Assembly: GCA_963801165.1 (NCBI GenBank)
Contig: CAWDDT010000004.1
Span: 736,001-800,000 of the forward strand
Reading direction: 5' to 3'
Length of the DNA stretch: 64,000 nt
Source: an uncultured bacterium
GTDB lineage: Bacteria; Actinomycetota; Acidimicrobiia; Spongiisociales; UBA5794
The notes beneath the pieces are model-generated. The model saw only the letters and a list, made by a program, of their open reading frames with translations, did not search any database and had not been told where the DNA came from. The position numbers and the translations under genes are program-made. Below, one piece after another: positions 61,651 through 64,000 of the stretch; the first letter of the stretch is position 1; every line of letters begins with the position of its first letter.

Positions 61651-63858
61651 ATGAGAGAAATCGGGTTCACCGGACGTCTTGCCGGAGTGACGGCACGCCA
61701 CCCCTGGCGAACCATGGCCGTGTGGGTGGCCGTTGTCGTCGCCGCGGTCTTTCTCGCCGGCAACATGGGCAGTGTGCTCACCCAGGACGGCGACCTGCTG
61801 GTAACAACCGAGTCGAAGACCGCGGACACTCTCATCAGCCAGCACTTCCCCAACGACGAGCCCCTGCAGGAGTACGTCATCTTCGAGAGCGAAACGTCGG
61901 TTGCCGGCGACGCCGCGTTCGATGCGGCGGTGGGTTCCCTGGTCGACGGCATCCGCACCAGCGAGAATGTCGCCTCTGCGGTGTCCTACCAGGACGGAGC
62001 CCCCGGTCTGTTGTCCGCAGACGGTTCGGCCGCGCTGATACTCACCACGATCGAGGGTGAAGGCGATGCGGACGCTCTGGTCCAACCGATGCTCGGCGTA
62101 GTCGACTCGGCCAATGCAGACGGCTATCGCGTCACCACGGCCGGCGAGGGCTCCATAAACAGAGAATTCGGAACGCTCGCCGAAGAAACGCTGCAAAAAG
62201 GCGAGCTGATCGGTCTTCCCGTGGCGCTGGTGATTCTCGTCGTTGTGTTCGGGGCGGCCGTCGCGGCCGGGATTCCACTGTTGGTGGCAGTGTTGGCGAT
62301 CATGGTCTCGCTCGGGATGACTGTCATCGTGGGCCAGGCGTTCGAGCTATCGCTCTTCATCACCAACATGATCACCATGATCGGCCTCGCCGTCGGCATC
62401 GACTACTCGTTGTTCATCGTCCAGCGATTCCGGGAGGAACGGGCCGCCGGCAACCCGGTCATCGACTCGGTCATCAGGGCCGGGGACTCAGCGACCCGGG
62501 CTGTGTTCTTCTCCGGAATGACGGTGGTGATTGCGCTGCTCGGTCTGCTGATCATGCCCGACACTGTGATGCGCAGCCTCGGTATGGGCGCCATCCTCGT
62601 TGTGCTCGCCGCCATGGGCGCTGCGCTGACACTGCTTCCTGCGGTTCTCAGTCTGCTCGGTGACCGGGTCAACAAAGGCAAGATCCCCGGCTTGTCCGGC
62701 ACGGCCTACCACGAGGGCGGGGGGCGCATCTGGCACAGAGTCACCCGGCTGGTCACCGCCCGGCCCGTGGTCAGCGCCGTCCTCGCCGCGGGCGTGCTAC
62801 TGATCGCAGCTTCCCCGTATCTGGGGCTCAACACCGGACAGAACTTCATCGAGTCGCTGCCCGTCGACAGCCCCGGTCGCCACGCCTTCACCGTGCTCAA
62901 CGAGGAGTTCGGGGCGGGTGTGCTCACGACGAGCATCGTGGTCGACGGCATCGCCGACGAACCCGCTGTGGCAGCACTCGTTGCCGACCTCGAGGGTGAC
63001 CCGGCGTATGGTGATGTGACCGTGACTCCGAGCGGCGACGGGTCGGCGGTGTTGATCGACGCCGTCACCAAGCTCGACCCGTCGACCAATGCAGCCCGCG
63101 ACGCCGTTGCCACGCTGCGAAACCAGACCATCCCGACGGCGTTCGGAGACGCCGCCAACGACGTCTACGTGACCGGTCAGGCCGCTTGGACCCTCGACTA
63201 TGTCGGGATCATCAACAGCCGGACGCCGGTCATCTTCGGCTTCGTGCTCGGGCTTAGCTTCATCTTGTTGATGATCGTGTTCCGTTCGGTCGTTGTGCCG
63301 CTCAAGGCGATCGTGATGAACCTGCTGTCGGTCGGCGCCGCTTACGGGCTGCTGGTGGCCGTGTTCCAACACGGCTGGGGTGCCGGTGTCCTCGGGTTCC
63401 AGCAGACCGATGTCATCGAGGCGTGGATACCTCTGTTCTTGTTCACGGTGTTGTTCGGCCTGTCGATGGACTACCACATCTTCCTGCTCAGCCGGATCAA
63501 GGAGCATTACGACATCACCGGCAACAACGACGAGTCCGTGGCGTTTGGCCTGGGATCCACAGGAGCGATCATCACCGGTGCCGCCATCATCATGGTGGCT
63601 GTGTTCGGCGGGTTTGCCGCAGGCGACCTGGTGATGTTCCAGCAGATGGGCTTCGGGCTGGCGGTGGCGGTCATCCTCGATGCCACCATCGTGCGGTCGG
63701 TGCTCGTGCCGGCGACGATGAAGCTCCTCGGAGACCGCAACTGGTATCTCCCCGGGTGGCTCCATTGGCTGCCTGAGATCCATATCGAAGGAACTCGCGA
63801 CGACGATGGCATCGTTGTTGATCTGACGGCGCGGGAGACGGTTCCCGAGATGGTGTGA
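61651..63858 (+). CDS. MMPL-family (RND) transporter
   Basis: GLAVGIDYSLF..RFREE and FGLSMDYHIFLLSRIKE. Confidence 0.93.
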   Translation: MREIGFTGRLAGVTARHPWRTMAVWVAVVVAAVFLAGNMGSVLTQDGDLLVTTESKTADTLISQHFPNDEPLQEYVIFESETSVAGDAAFDAAVGSLVDGIRTSENVASAVSYQDGAPGLLSADGSAALILTTIEGEGDADALVQPMLGVVDSANADGYRVTTAGEGSINREFGTLAEETLQKGELIGLPVALVILVVVFGAAVAAGIPLLVAVLAIMVSLGMTVIVGQAFELSLFITNMITMIGLAVGIDYSLFIVQRFREERAAGNPVIDSVIRAGDSATRAVFFSGMTVVIALLGLLIMPDTVMRSLGMGAILVVLAAMGAALTLLPAVLSLLGDRVNKGKIPGLSGTAYHEGGGRIWHRVTRLVTARPVVSAVLAAGVLLIAASPYLGLNTGQNFIESLPVDSPGRHAFTVLNEEFGAGVLTTSIVVDGIADEPAVAALVADLEGDPAYGDVTVTPSGDGSAVLIDAVTKLDPSTNAARDAVATLRNQTIPTAFGDAANDVYVTGQAAWTLDYVGIINSRTPVIFGFVLGLSFILLMIVFRSVVVPLKAIVMNLLSVGAAYGLLVAVFQHGWGAGVLGFQQTDVIEAWIPLFLFTVLFGLSMDYHIFLLSRIKEHYDITGNNDESVAFGLGSTGAIITGAAIIMVAVFGGFAAGDLVMFQQMGFGLAVAVILDATIVRSVLVPATMKLLGDRNWYLPGWLHWLPEIHIEGTRDDDGIVVDLTARETVPEMV

Positions 63859-63875
63859 ACCGAGCTTGCCGAGCA

Positions 63876-63909
63876 GAGAGCCTCCTCCGACGAATCGGGG
63901 GAGGCTCTC
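63876..63909 (+). terminator. Strong hairpin after the MMPL gene
   Basis: GAGAGCCTCCTCCGA-CGAA-TCGGGGGAGGCTCTC. Confidence 0.7.
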
Positions 63910-63950
63910 CAAGTTTGCCGACCAACAGATACGATCGGTGGGGGAGACGT

Positions 63951-64000
63951 ATGGCTGGCATCACTATCGATAGCGTGAAGGTGGTCCGGGGCTCGACGCT
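63951..64000 (+). CDS. 5' end of a CDS, possibly an ABC ATP-binding protein
   Basis: GGGGAG RBS, then MAGITIDSVKVVRGST; truncated by the window edge. Confidence 0.4.
   Translation, partial: MAGITIDSVKVVRGST

Noticed and set aside
25918-64000. Prophage or ICE integrated at ssrA
   Set aside because: No integrase, phage or conjugation genes and no duplicated ssrA 3' end seen.

Overview
High-GC window from an Actinomycetota chromosome. The gene order cofD-GT2-DUF5719-DUF3499-manB/Trm112-ahcY-comF-hpf-RR-secA-prfB-ftsEX-M23-smpB-ssrA, plus Cys-loop SLH-like surface proteins, suggests Acidimicrobiia (inference). 1-26 kb is a core block: F420 synthesis, envelope glycosylation, SecA, RF2 with a +1 programmed frameshift, FtsEX, SmpB and tmRNA. 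26-43 kb is an accessory-looking block of secreted or surface proteins: a GH26-like protein with three near-identical 903-bp repeats, SLH-anchored enzymes and a lipoprotein protease. 43-64 kb holds gltBD, redox enzymes, an ATP-dependent ligase, a soxR/split-transketolase divergon and an MMPL transporter. No integrase, transposase, CRISPR array, rRNA or tRNA was seen. Most notable: (1) a complete SoxR-type promoter (SoxR dyad, 19-bp spacer, leaderless start) in front of a shortened two-gene transketolase-like enzyme; (2) six unrelated 14-20 bp tandem 'stutter' repeats, all on or next to start or stop codons; (3) REP/BIME-like palindromes around secA; (4) apparent pseudoenzymes and a PMM-Trm112 fusion. 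All product calls come from motif recognition by eye; no database search was run.
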